From an uncultured Elusimicrobia bacterium (GTDB lineage: Bacteria; Elusimicrobiota; Elusimicrobia; F11): a DNA stretch of 59,051 nt. This document shows, piece after piece, positions 28,155 to 36,679 of the stretch; the stretch's first letter is position 1, and every line of letters begins with the position of its first letter. The notes below the pieces were generated by a model. The model was not told the DNA's origin. It ran no database searches and saw only the letters and a program-made list of their open reading frames with translations. A program made the translations under genes and the position numbers. The stretch lies in assembly GCA_964405835.1 (NCBI GenBank), contig CAYOPN010000007.1, positions 1 to 59,051 on the forward strand. The letters are read 5' to 3'.

Positions 28155-30362
28155 TTAGCGCTCCAGCCGGCGGCGGATACGGCTGAGTTCCTTGTTGATC
28201 CTGTCGGCCCCTTGTTCGCCGTAGCGGCGCAGCATGTCTTTCAAGAGCTCGAGTTTCTCATGGTCCGAAATATCGCGTGCCGACACGCTCTCGTAGTAAA
28301 TCCAAGCGCGTTGCAGGTCCGCATTCGCGGGGATCCGGAACCCGCTGGCGGTTGGGGCCGATTCCACCACCGGTTTAGTAACAGGCTTGGTTTCAACAAC
28401 AGCCGGCTTGTCCGCCGGTTGGTTGGCGGGCTTCGGTGCGACGGGGGCCGGTTTCACCACTGGCTCGATCGCCGGTTTCGTGGGCTGCTTGTTGATGAGA
28501 TCAAGCAGTTCGCGGTCGATAAGCGACATGTCGATGCCACTTGCACCGTAAACCGCTTTCATCTGGTTCAATAGACCTATTAATTCATCCACCGGAGCGG
28601 CCGCCGATTTGCGCACCATGTAATAACCGAGCGCGGTGCCAAATGCGCGCAGCGTTTCATCCGATTTCTGCATCGTGGCTTGTTCGGGCGTTACAGCCGG
28701 TGTTTCCTGTTGCAGTTTCGGCGCGACCAACGTTTGCGGCGCTTCTTGTGTTTCTTCGGGAGCGCGCAACGGGTCGGTTTCGGGCTTGCTGAAGCTTTCC
28801 GATATCTTCGCGCGGCGCGCGAGCAGCGTGCGGTACGCGCGCAACACCACTTCGTCCGCGGGCATGATTTCGACGAGGCGCCGCATCGCGTCGAGGCAGA
28901 TATCAAGCTCATCACTGCGGTAAGATTTCGCGGCGATTTCGGTCAACGCGATCGCCATCAGGGAACTGACACGGTCGCTTTTCTGGACCGAGATCGGCAA
29001 CAGAGACAGGCGAACGAGCGCAGATTTTGCGTCGTTTCTCACCAGCGCTTCGATCGCTTCGATTGCGCCGGTTTTGTCCTCTTCAGGAATACCGCGCAAG
29101 AGCGCGAAACGCAACTGCGGCCACTGCAACCCATCGGTCGAATATTTCTGTAACAAGTCGCGCAGGTCGCTGCTCACGTCTTGCAAGCCCGCGTCATCGA
29201 GCGGGTATTTGCGGATCAAGAGCAGCATCAGTTGGTTTTTGTAATCGGGCGTATAGTTCCGGCCCACGCTCAACCGCGTCAAAACCATGTGCGTCGCCAG
29301 ACTGCTGTACTTAAAGGCGGCCAGCAAGTCGGCGTTCGAATAATCCTTGGTCAGTTGCAGGTTGCCGGAGCCCATCTTGAACGAGAAGCCCATGCGGTGC
29401 GAGCCGGTGGTATCGGCGAAGTTTCCGACCGGGAAGTTGAACGCGTAATCCAAACGGAAACGTGAATAGAGATAGGACAAGCCCATCGTCAGCGCTTTGT
29501 AGCCGCGCGATCCGCTCGCGTAACCGCCGCGCGCAATAAGCGCGCCCAAGGAGCCAAACGGAATGTTGCGTTCCGCACCCAACGCGAGATCGTTGTCTTT
29601 TTGACCGACCAGGCGTTCGGTCTGCCGCATTTCCGCTGTCAACGTGCCCCAACGCGGACGATAACCAAGTCCGGCCTTCATGGACATGGGCGCTTTGTCG
29701 CCGTCACCGGCGAGCGACACATCCGGTTCGTTGAGATTGATCAGCGCCAAGCCGGCCGTGTATTGATATTTCGCGCCAAACTGCACGAGTCCGCCCAAGT
29801 CAATCGCGTACGTGTCTTTGGCGTTCCCCGAATTGAACAGTTGATCGCGCTGGTTGGAGCCAACGCCCGCATCATTCAACGCGTTCTCGGTGAACCGGTC
29901 CGGCTCATATTGGCGGTGCAGTTGTTTCAAGTTCGCGCCAAAGGACGAGATTCCGCGCAGGCCGTACGGTTCGAGATCGAGGCGCTGGCCGTAGCTCAAC
30001 GTCAATGTGCGCTCGTTGAACAAATTATCGGCCTTGAAGTTGTGATAGGCGAACCCGAGGGTGCGATAACCCGGCACCAGCGGATGCGCGTAGCCGAGAT
30101 ACGTCGTACCAAGGCTCGATCCATCATCGAGCCCTTTCACCAATTGTCCGTATTGGCTCGTGATCTGGCCTTCTTGCAATTGGATCAAACCGGCCGGGTT
30201 GTACACGATCGAATCCGCGTCGTCGGCCACCGCCGTGAACGCGTCCGCCATGCCCGGAGCGCGCGCTCCGGCGTCCTGGCTTTCGAACGACGCGAACGCC
30301 ACTGGCGCCGGCAACTGCACCAGCAGCAACAGAGATAATAGGAGCGCGAGTAGCTTCTTCAT
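28155..30362 (-). CDS. Outer-membrane beta-barrel (PorV/PorP-SprF-like) fused to a helical C-terminal region
   Basis: Signal peptide, GARAPGMADAFTAVADD..IVYNPAGL, alternating beta strands ending RLDYAF..GSHRMGFSF, then ~400 aa helical/Pro-rich tail. Confidence 0.8.
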   Translation of the reverse strand: MKKLLALLLSLLLLVQLPAPVAFASFESQDAGARAPGMADAFTAVADDADSIVYNPAGLIQLQEGQITSQYGQLVKGLDDGSSLGTTYLGYAHPLVPGYRTLGFAYHNFKADNLFNERTLTLSYGQRLDLEPYGLRGISSFGANLKQLHRQYEPDRFTENALNDAGVGSNQRDQLFNSGNAKDTYAIDLGGLVQFGAKYQYTAGLALINLNEPDVSLAGDGDKAPMSMKAGLGYRPRWGTLTAEMRQTERLVGQKDNDLALGAERNIPFGSLGALIARGGYASGSRGYKALTMGLSYLYSRFRLDYAFNFPVGNFADTTGSHRMGFSFKMGSGNLQLTKDYSNADLLAAFKYSSLATHMVLTRLSVGRNYTPDYKNQLMLLLIRKYPLDDAGLQDVSSDLRDLLQKYSTDGLQWPQLRFALLRGIPEEDKTGAIEAIEALVRNDAKSALVRLSLLPISVQKSDRVSSLMAIALTEIAAKSYRSDELDICLDAMRRLVEIMPADEVVLRAYRTLLARRAKISESFSKPETDPLRAPEETQEAPQTLVAPKLQQETPAVTPEQATMQKSDETLRAFGTALGYYMVRKSAAAPVDELIGLLNQMKAVYGASGIDMSLIDRELLDLINKQPTKPAIEPVVKPAPVAPKPANQPADKPAVVETKPVTKPVVESAPTASGFRIPANADLQRAWIYYESVSARDISDHEKLELLKDMLRRYGEQGADRINKELSRIRRRLER

Positions 30363-32482
30363 CTCGCCACCCCCACGGTCCCCGTGAAGGAACGACCTTC
30401 GCCCGAAAGTTTGTAGATGTAGGCCCCGCCGGGGACCACATTCCCGCGGTCGTCTTTACCGTCCCAAATGAGTGTTGTGCCGATGCCGGCGTTTGCTTCC
30501 GGCGGTGGCAGTGTCCGGACATGGCGTCCATCGCGGTCGAAGATCTCGCCCGTGACCGCCACGTTGTTCGGGTTTTCCAGAACAAAGTACACGCGATCGT
30601 TGAGTCCATCGCCGTTCGGCGAGAAAAGCCGTGGATACACGTTGCCGGCACTGAGGCTTAATGTCGACGGATTGGCCGACGCGCGCAGTTGATAATTGCC
30701 GAGGAACGAGGAACGTGTGCGCACATTTGTTCCGACGCGGTCGAGCGTTCCGCCGATGCGGACCCAGGTGACGCCGTTAAACCAATACATGGACAGTTGG
30801 TCCGGCGTGATGTTGTTGAGCGGCGGAGCGCCGGCGATGCCAGGGGCACCGGCGAGCACCTGTCCGTTGTTCTCGTTGTATCCGATCGCCACCGTTGCCT
30901 GCGGTTTCGCGAACGCGAGATCGTTCAGTACCTCGCCGTTGTCGACGCGGACGAGTTTAAGGCGGACGTTGCGGATAATGCCACCGTCGCCGCTGTACGG
31001 TTCTTCGCTGAGCCGGATCGTGAGCGGAACGCCGTATTTGTTGTAGGCCGAACGCAACAAATCGTTGACCGTCTGCGGCATCTGCACATGCGAGACACCG
31101 TCCGTGCTCAGATAAATGACGTTGGCTTCGGGGCTCGAATCGGCGATCAGCGAATGTTCGGACTGGTTCCCGCCGGTATCGATGGCGCGGATCGTGTAGA
31201 AATAGGTGACGCCGCTGACATTGTCGGCGAACGCGGTTGTGGTCAGCGGGACCGGTGTAACGAGGACGCCCGTGCCCGTCAATGTGTCGCGACGGTAGAT
31301 GTAGTAACCGCCGAGGTCGGTGATGGTGGAACCGTCGACGTTGTAACGGACCGGTTCCCACGTGAGGGTGAACGCGTTACCGGTCGGGTCGAGGAAGCCT
31401 TTGAGGCCTGCGGGCGCCGCCGGCATTTGGACATCGCCCAGGTTTGACGTGAACGCCGTGACGGTGGAGCTTGGCGTCGTGAAGACGCCGTCGCCGTTGA
31501 TCGCGCGGACGCGGTAATAATAGGTGGTGAGTTGCGCCAGGCCCGTGTCGTTGTAAACGGTCACGGTCATGGTTGCTACCGGCACATAGACGATGCCGTT
31601 GTTCGAACGTTCGAGCCGGTATTGTGTCCCCGCCGGGTTTCCGTTGGAAGTCCACGACAGGTCGACCGTGGTCAGGCCGACATCCGTGACCGCCAGATTC
31701 GCCGGCACTTGGGCCAGTGTGTAGACGGTGACCGGCGCCGTCGGTAGCGATGTTCCGGACAGGTTCGATGCTCTTAAGCGCCGCGTGATCGCTTCGTTCG
31801 GCGTGAACACGCCATCGATAAGCGAGAAGCCGTTCGTATTGCCGACCGGTACGTCGGCAGGGAACGAGTACAGGATGTAGTTGGTGGCGCCGGCCGTGAT
31901 GTCCCACGACCATTGGATGCTGAATGTCGACAGCGCCATTCCTTGGAAGTTGGTCGGTGCTGAGCCAAGAGACGACGTAACGAATGCATGGGCTTGTTGT
32001 CCGATTGCGCTCGTGTTCGTGTCGATCGGGGAAACAAAACCCCTATCGTCTACGCTCATGATGGCGGCGTAATACGTGACGCCGCCCGGTAAACCGTTCA
32101 ACAACAGGAACTCGTTTACTCCCGGTGTTCCGGGGACCGGTTCGTTGGGAACGTCCTGCGCAGAATTCCACCACGTGGTCGTGCTTCCCACGCTGTCCGC
32201 GGAATACGTCGCAATGCGGACCACGTAAGAGGTGGCCGGGTTTTTGTCCGCGAAGAGATTGTTGTTCTCATCGGGCGCGCTCCATTCGAGGAGCATTTGG
32301 TTGGCGCCGCCGGGGATGGCCTGCAAGTTGGTAATGGCCGCCGGTGGCGTGGTATCGAGTGGACGAATAACGATCGTCAACGAATCGGAAACGGCCGCGA
32401 GGGCGTGCGGAGGCGTCGCCAGGGCAAAGAGGCTCCCGGCGATGACCAAACCTGTTTTGGCCATCTTGCGCGCGAGTTTCAT
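30359..32482 (-). CDS. Secreted FN3-repeat protein with gliding-motility/T9SS type-B-like CTD; putative fibre anchor
   Basis: Signal peptide to ALA|AVSDSLTIVIRP, about four FN3-like domains, VYPRLFSPNGDGLND...WDGKD..G..Y.Y C-terminus. Start at 32482 preferred (32464 or 32554 possible). Confidence 0.85.
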   Translation of the reverse strand: MKLARKMAKTGLVIAGSLFALATPPHALAAVSDSLTIVIRPLDTTPPAAITNLQAIPGGANQMLLEWSAPDENNNLFADKNPATSYVVRIATYSADSVGSTTTWWNSAQDVPNEPVPGTPGVNEFLLLNGLPGGVTYYAAIMSVDDRGFVSPIDTNTSAIGQQAHAFVTSSLGSAPTNFQGMALSTFSIQWSWDITAGATNYILYSFPADVPVGNTNGFSLIDGVFTPNEAITRRLRASNLSGTSLPTAPVTVYTLAQVPANLAVTDVGLTTVDLSWTSNGNPAGTQYRLERSNNGIVYVPVATMTVTVYNDTGLAQLTTYYYRVRAINGDGVFTTPSSTVTAFTSNLGDVQMPAAPAGLKGFLDPTGNAFTLTWEPVRYNVDGSTITDLGGYYIYRRDTLTGTGVLVTPVPLTTTAFADNVSGVTYFYTIRAIDTGGNQSEHSLIADSSPEANVIYLSTDGVSHVQMPQTVNDLLRSAYNKYGVPLTIRLSEEPYSGDGGIIRNVRLKLVRVDNGEVLNDLAFAKPQATVAIGYNENNGQVLAGAPGIAGAPPLNNITPDQLSMYWFNGVTWVRIGGTLDRVGTNVRTRSSFLGNYQLRASANPSTLSLSAGNVYPRLFSPNGDGLNDRVYFVLENPNNVAVTGEIFDRDGRHVRTLPPPEANAGIGTTLIWDGKDDRGNVVPGGAYIYKLSGEGRSFTGTVGVAR

Positions 32483-32603
32483 CCGGTCTGAAATCGACCG
32501 AACGAACTCAGTGATGTCCGCCACTATGTGTTTCATGTTGCAGTGACAGAGCACTCCTGTCGTTTCGACATTCGTCTCCTCTGACGCGATGCGCTACGCC
32601 CAT

Positions 32604-32628
32604 GTGTCCAGGCGCACGTCACCCCGAC
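32604..32628 (-). promoter_or_regulatory. Conserved RNA hairpin, copy A, downstream of subunit gene
   Basis: 20/25 identical to 33500-33524, with all differences compatible with the stem. Confidence 0.5.
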
Positions 32629-32717
32629 GTCAGTTCGACCTGATGTTCACGTCTTCAGGCCCCGTTCATACGTCCTCCCATGTGTTCACACGGTTCTCTC
32701 GTTTCTCCTTTTCCTCG

Positions 32718-33362
32718 TTAGTTCGGCTGTACTGCCGTGAGCAGGATGTGGACGTTCTGCGCGTTGGTCGTTGTGGTCACCGACGGCAGACGGAAACGCA
32801 GCCACAGAAGCGAGGTCGCGGCCGCAGCAGGGCTTGGCGCGAGAGCGTCCATGTCTTTGAATCCGTGTTCACCGGAAGCGGCCTCGAAGTGACCGGTCAC
32901 GCCACCCTGGGTACCGACGTAGCGATTGGTTGTTGAAATGACATCGCTGTCGTTTTGTCCGGGTTGAGTGCCGCTGAAGTAACCGCCAGATTGCGCTGGG
33001 GCCGTGGTGTGCGCGATGGTGGTGAACACACCCCAGGCTTGCAGCGCGTCGCCTTCGTTCGACGATGTGTCGGCGTCAAACGTCCATGGCGTTCCGGCCG
33101 AGGAGATAAACCCCTGTAGACGGAGGTCCGTCGTCGCGTAGGTGGAGTCGATGGTGACCGTCGACGGTTGCACGGTTTGCGTGGAGGCCGCCAGATCCAC
33201 CGTTCCGAGATCCAACACGACGTTTGCTGTGTCGATGTCGACCGAATAGAACGCGTTCGGTGTGATCGTGACCGTCAATGAGTCGGTGACGGCCGCCTGT
33301 GCGACATGTGAGAGCCCGAACCCGAAGGCCAAGGCCAGTGCGACTTTTATTGCACGTTTCAT
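32718..33362 (-). CDS. Secreted 214-aa putative fibre subunit, paralog 1
   Basis: GGGGAG RBS; signal AQA|AVTDSLTVTITP; beta-rich; C-terminal LWLRFRLP..NAQN..LTAVQPN. Confidence 0.85.
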   Translation of the reverse strand: MKRAIKVALALAFGFGLSHVAQAAVTDSLTVTITPNAFYSVDIDTANVVLDLGTVDLAASTQTVQPSTVTIDSTYATTDLRLQGFISSAGTPWTFDADTSSNEGDALQAWGVFTTIAHTTAPAQSGGYFSGTQPGQNDSDVISTTNRYVGTQGGVTGHFEAASGEHGFKDMDALAPSPAAAATSLLWLRFRLPSVTTTTNAQNVHILLTAVQPN

Positions 33363-33374
33363 TTGAGTCTCCCC

Positions 33375-33436
33375 GCCTGCCGATTCGCCAATTCCCGATG
33401 AGCTGGGCCGTTGGCGGGCAGGCTTTTGTTTTTTTT
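33375..33436 (+). terminator. Terminator-like hairpin on the antisense strand, abutting the paralog 1 RBS
   Basis: GCCTGCC/GGCAGGC stem with inner CGCCA/TGGCG, followed by TTTTGTTTTTTTT. Confidence 0.5.
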
Positions 33437-33499
33437 GAACTTCCAAATCTGTAAAGGCGCAGCACCCCGGAAAAAACCGAAATGCCACAGATCCGACTC

Positions 33500-33524
33500 G
33501 TGTCACGGCGCACCTCGCCCGGAC
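33500..33524 (-). promoter_or_regulatory. Conserved RNA hairpin, copy B
   Basis: Apex of a longer stem closed by AGATCCG/CGGATCT (33489-33534); homologous to 32604-32628. Confidence 0.5.
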
Positions 33525-33616
33525 AAGCGGATCTCTCGCGATTTGTGTTCGCTATGCCTCTCGCTAAATCAGCTCATATGAATGGCTCCGTTCTTCGTTT
33601 GATTGATTTCGTCTCC

Positions 33617-34261
33617 TTAACTCGGTGCTACCGCCGTCAGAACGATCATGATGTTCTGCGGATTTGTTGTGGTCGTGTTGCTCGGCAGACGGAAACGCAG
33701 CCAGAGAAGCGAAGTCGCGAGCGGGTCTGGGCTCGGGGCCAACGCGTCCATGTCTTTGAATCCGTGCTCACCGGAAGCCGCTTCGAACTGATTGGTCACG
33801 CCGCCTTGGGTGCCGACATAGCGGTTCGTGTTGCTGATCACGTCGCTGTTGTTGACGCCGGGTTGTGTGCCGCTGAAGTAGCCGCCGGATTGTGCCGGGG
33901 CTGTGGTGTGGGCGATGGTGGTGAACACGCCCCAGGCCTGCAGCGAGTCCAGTTCGTTCGACGTTGTGTCGGCATCAAACGTCCAGTCGGTGCCGGCGGA
34001 GTCGATGAACCCTTGCAGTTGCAGGTCTGTGGTCGCGAACGACGACAGTACGGTGACCGTCGAGGGCTGCACGGTGGCAGTTGATGCCGCGAGGTCCACC
34101 ACGCCCAAGTCGAGCGCTACGTTGGCCGTGTCAATGTCGACCGAGTAGTAGCCGTTCGGCGTGATCGTGACCGTCAATGAGTCTGTGACGGCCGCCTGTG
34201 CGACATGTGCGAGCCCGAGCGTAAACGCCAGGGCCATTGAGGCTCTGATTAACTTCTTCAT
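33617..34261 (-). CDS. Secreted 214-aa putative fibre subunit, paralog 2
   Basis: AAGGAG RBS; same length and motifs as paralog 1. Confidence 0.88.
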   Translation of the reverse strand: MKKLIRASMALAFTLGLAHVAQAAVTDSLTVTITPNGYYSVDIDTANVALDLGVVDLAASTATVQPSTVTVLSSFATTDLQLQGFIDSAGTDWTFDADTTSNELDSLQAWGVFTTIAHTTAPAQSGGYFSGTQPGVNNSDVISNTNRYVGTQGGVTNQFEAASGEHGFKDMDALAPSPDPLATSLLWLRFRLPSNTTTTNPQNIMIVLTAVAPS

Positions 34262-35579
34262 TTTGTTTCTCCTTTTTTCGTTAGTGACTCCTACTCATGA
34301 TTTCGCTGTGCTCCTTAGCTCGGTTGAACCGCCGTCAGAATGATGCTGATGTTCTGCGGGTTGGTTGTGGTCGTGTTGCTCGGCAGACGGAAACGCAGCC
34401 ACAGAAGCGAGGTCGCGGCCGCAGCGGGACTCGGCGCGAGAGCGTCCATGTCTTTGAATCCGTGCTCACCGGAAGCGGCTTCGAACTGATTGGTCACGCC
34501 GCCTTGGGTGCCGACGTAGCGATTGGTCGTGGAGATGAGATCGCTGTCGTTGACGCCGGGTTGCGTGCCGCTGAAGTAGCCGCCGGATTGTGCGGGGGCC
34601 GTGGTGTGCGCGATGGTGGTGAACACGCCCCAGGCCTGCAACGCGTCCAGTTCGTTCGACGAGGTGTCGGCGTCAAACGTCCAGTCGGTGCCCGCTGAGT
34701 CGATGGTGCCCTGCAGACGCAGGTCGGTCGTTGCGTAGGACGACAGGATGGTGACCGTCGACGGCTGCACGGTTTGCGTGGAGGCCGCGAGGTCGACCAC
34801 ACCCAAGTCGAGCGCAACGTTGGTGGTGTCGATGTCAACCGAATAGAACGCATTCGGCGTGATCGTGACCGTCAATGAGTCTGTGACGGCCGCCTGTGCG
34901 ACATGTGCGAGCCCGAGCGTAAACGCCAGGGCCATTGAGGCTCTGATTAACTTCTTCATTTTGTTTCTCCTTTTTTCGTTAGTGACTCCTACTCATGATT
35001 TCGCTGTGCTCCTTAGCTCGGTTGAACCGCCGTCAGAATGATGCTGATGTTCTGCGGGTTGGTTGTGGTCGTGTTGCTCGGCAGACGGAAACGCAGCCAC
35101 AGAAGCGAGGTCGCGGCCGCAGCGGGACTCGGCGCGAGAGCGTCCATGTCTTTGAATCCGTGCTCACCGGAAGCGGCTTCGAACTGATTGGTCACGCCGC
35201 CTTGGGTGCCGACGTAGCGATTGGTCGTGGAGATGAGATCGCTGTCGTTGACGCCGGGTTGCGTGCCGCTGAAGTAGCCGCCGGATTGTGCGGGGGCCGT
35301 GGTGTGCGCGATGGTGGTGAACACGCCCCAGGCCTGCAACGCGTCCAGTTCGTTCGACGAGGTGTCGGCGTCAAACGTCCAGTCGGTGCCCGCTGAGTCG
35401 ATGGTGCCCTGCAGACGCAGGTCGGTCGTTGCGTAGGACGACAGGATGGTGACCGTCGACGGCTGCACGGTTTGCGTGGAGGCCGCGAGGTCGACCACAC
35501 CCAAGTCGAGCGCAACGTTGGTGGTGTCGATGTCAACCGAATAGAACGCATTCGGCGTGATCGTGACCGTCAATGAGTC
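34155..35579. repeat. Tandem duplication with 698-bp period
   Basis: 34155-34881 matches 34853-35579 with no difference seen by eye; the ORF-track translations of the two copies are identical. Confidence 0.9.
34315..34959 (-). CDS. Secreted 214-aa putative fibre subunit, paralog 3 (chimera of 2 and 4)
   Basis: Signal peptide and upstream region identical to paralog 2; mature part identical to paralog 4. Confidence 0.88.
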   Translation of the reverse strand: MKKLIRASMALAFTLGLAHVAQAAVTDSLTVTITPNAFYSVDIDTTNVALDLGVVDLAASTQTVQPSTVTILSSYATTDLRLQGTIDSAGTDWTFDADTSSNELDALQAWGVFTTIAHTTAPAQSGGYFSGTQPGVNDSDLISTTNRYVGTQGGVTNQFEAASGEHGFKDMDALAPSPAAAATSLLWLRFRLPSNTTTTNPQNISIILTAVQPS

Positions 35580-35657
35580 GGTGACGGCCGCTTGTGCGAC
35601 ATGTGCGAGCCCGAGCCCGAAGGCCAAGGCCAGTGCTACTTTGAGGATGCGTTTCAT
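35013..35657 (-). CDS. Secreted 214-aa putative fibre subunit, paralog 4
   Basis: AAGGAG RBS before ATG 35657 (an upstream in-frame ATG at 35738 also has an SD). Confidence 0.88.
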   Translation of the reverse strand: MKRILKVALALAFGLGLAHVAQAAVTDSLTVTITPNAFYSVDIDTTNVALDLGVVDLAASTQTVQPSTVTILSSYATTDLRLQGTIDSAGTDWTFDADTSSNELDALQAWGVFTTIAHTTAPAQSGGYFSGTQPGVNDSDLISTTNRYVGTQGGVTNQFEAASGEHGFKDMDALAPSPAAAATSLLWLRFRLPSNTTTTNPQNISIILTAVQPS

Positions 35658-35742
35658 GTTAGGTCTCCTTTTTTGGTCAGTATTTTTTTCGCCAGTTAAA
35701 CCGGTTGAATAAACTCCGCCTGCTAATAAGTTCTTCATTTGC

Positions 35743-36663
35743 TCACTCCTTTACTTCGATATAGATGCGCACGGGGGCATCCAGCCAAAACCCGGTTTGA
35801 AGCCCGGACTTGACCAACCCCGCGAATTTTTTTCCTGCGTATTTCGGGTCATTTGGTATCTCAATGACCATCGGAATCATTTTGATTTCCTCTCCCGCCA
35901 CGTTCGCTTCGGGTTTTGGAAATTTGATCCATGCCGGATCGGGAATGGGTTCGTAGCCGGGCGGAAGAAAAAGTTTCGAATCCCAGGCCACGCTCTCCAA
36001 TTTGATCGCCAGCTCGTCGCTTGAAAAATTCGCGACGCGAATGGATTTGGATTGCTCTTTTTTCACGTCAAACTTTTTCCCAAGCGGGACTTGGATGACG
36101 TAAAGGGCCTGTGGCGAGATATCGAAGTCGAGCTTCGACATCGCCTTTTGGCGTTTTTCTTCCTTGAGGCTTTCCGGTCCCGGCCCGATGGAAAACCGCA
36201 ATTTGTTTTCCACCGCCACACCAAGAAGTCCCGTGCCGGTCGTGCGGGCTTTGATGATGGCCATGAAATGCCGGCCGTTCAGCGACGGGTCGTTTGGAAT
36301 GGTGAGCAACAGGTCAAAGAAACCTTGGGAAGCCGGCCCGATCTTGATGGTGTTGGGGAACGATTTCACCCAGCTCGGATCGGGGATCGCCTCGTACGGT
36401 TCTTTGAGAAGCGTTTTCTCCGGCTGCGCGATGTCCACAACCACTTCGACGTCCGTGGTGCCGCGGTTTTCTACTCCGAACGGAATGCGCAGCGTTTCGC
36501 GCAAGTTGTACGTGCGGCCGATCTGCGCGTTTTCAACGATCACGTCGCCGAACCGGGCGGCAAGCCCGATTTTGGCCCAGCTCACTTGCGGGCACAGATG
36601 AATCAGCGCCAGCAGCAGGCCGAAGCCTTTTTTAACCCTCTCACACCATGTTCTGTTTTTCAC
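35743..36663 (-). CDS. Secreted two-domain protein, putative periplasmic pilus chaperone
   Basis: AGGAGG RBS, signal peptide, and an internal duplication (YE[AP]IPDP[SA]W[VI]K...IPNDP...G..F). Confidence 0.75.
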   Translation of the reverse strand: MKNRTWCERVKKGFGLLLALIHLCPQVSWAKIGLAARFGDVIVENAQIGRTYNLRETLRIPFGVENRGTTDVEVVVDIAQPEKTLLKEPYEAIPDPSWVKSFPNTIKIGPASQGFFDLLLTIPNDPSLNGRHFMAIIKARTTGTGLLGVAVENKLRFSIGPGPESLKEEKRQKAMSKLDFDISPQALYVIQVPLGKKFDVKKEQSKSIRVANFSSDELAIKLESVAWDSKLFLPPGYEPIPDPAWIKFPKPEANVAGEEIKMIPMVIEIPNDPKYAGKKFAGLVKSGLQTGFWLDAPVRIYIEVKE

Positions 36664-36679
36664 AACGTCCTCCTGTTCA

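Noticed and set aside
32589-35551. Repeated plus-strand and alternative-frame ORFs (e.g. 32589-32936, 33482-34084, 34297-34698, 34494-34853)
   Set aside because: Shadow ORFs of the GC-rich subunit genes; they recur only because the real genes are duplicated.
34155-35579. CRISPR array or IS element
   Set aside because: The repeat period is 698 bp and fully coding; no short repeat-spacer pattern, transposase or terminal inverted repeats.
32718-35657. Diversity-generating retroelement (TR/VR) explanation for the near-identical subunit genes
   Set aside because: No reverse transcriptase in the window; differences include synonymous non-adenine changes and span whole genes.
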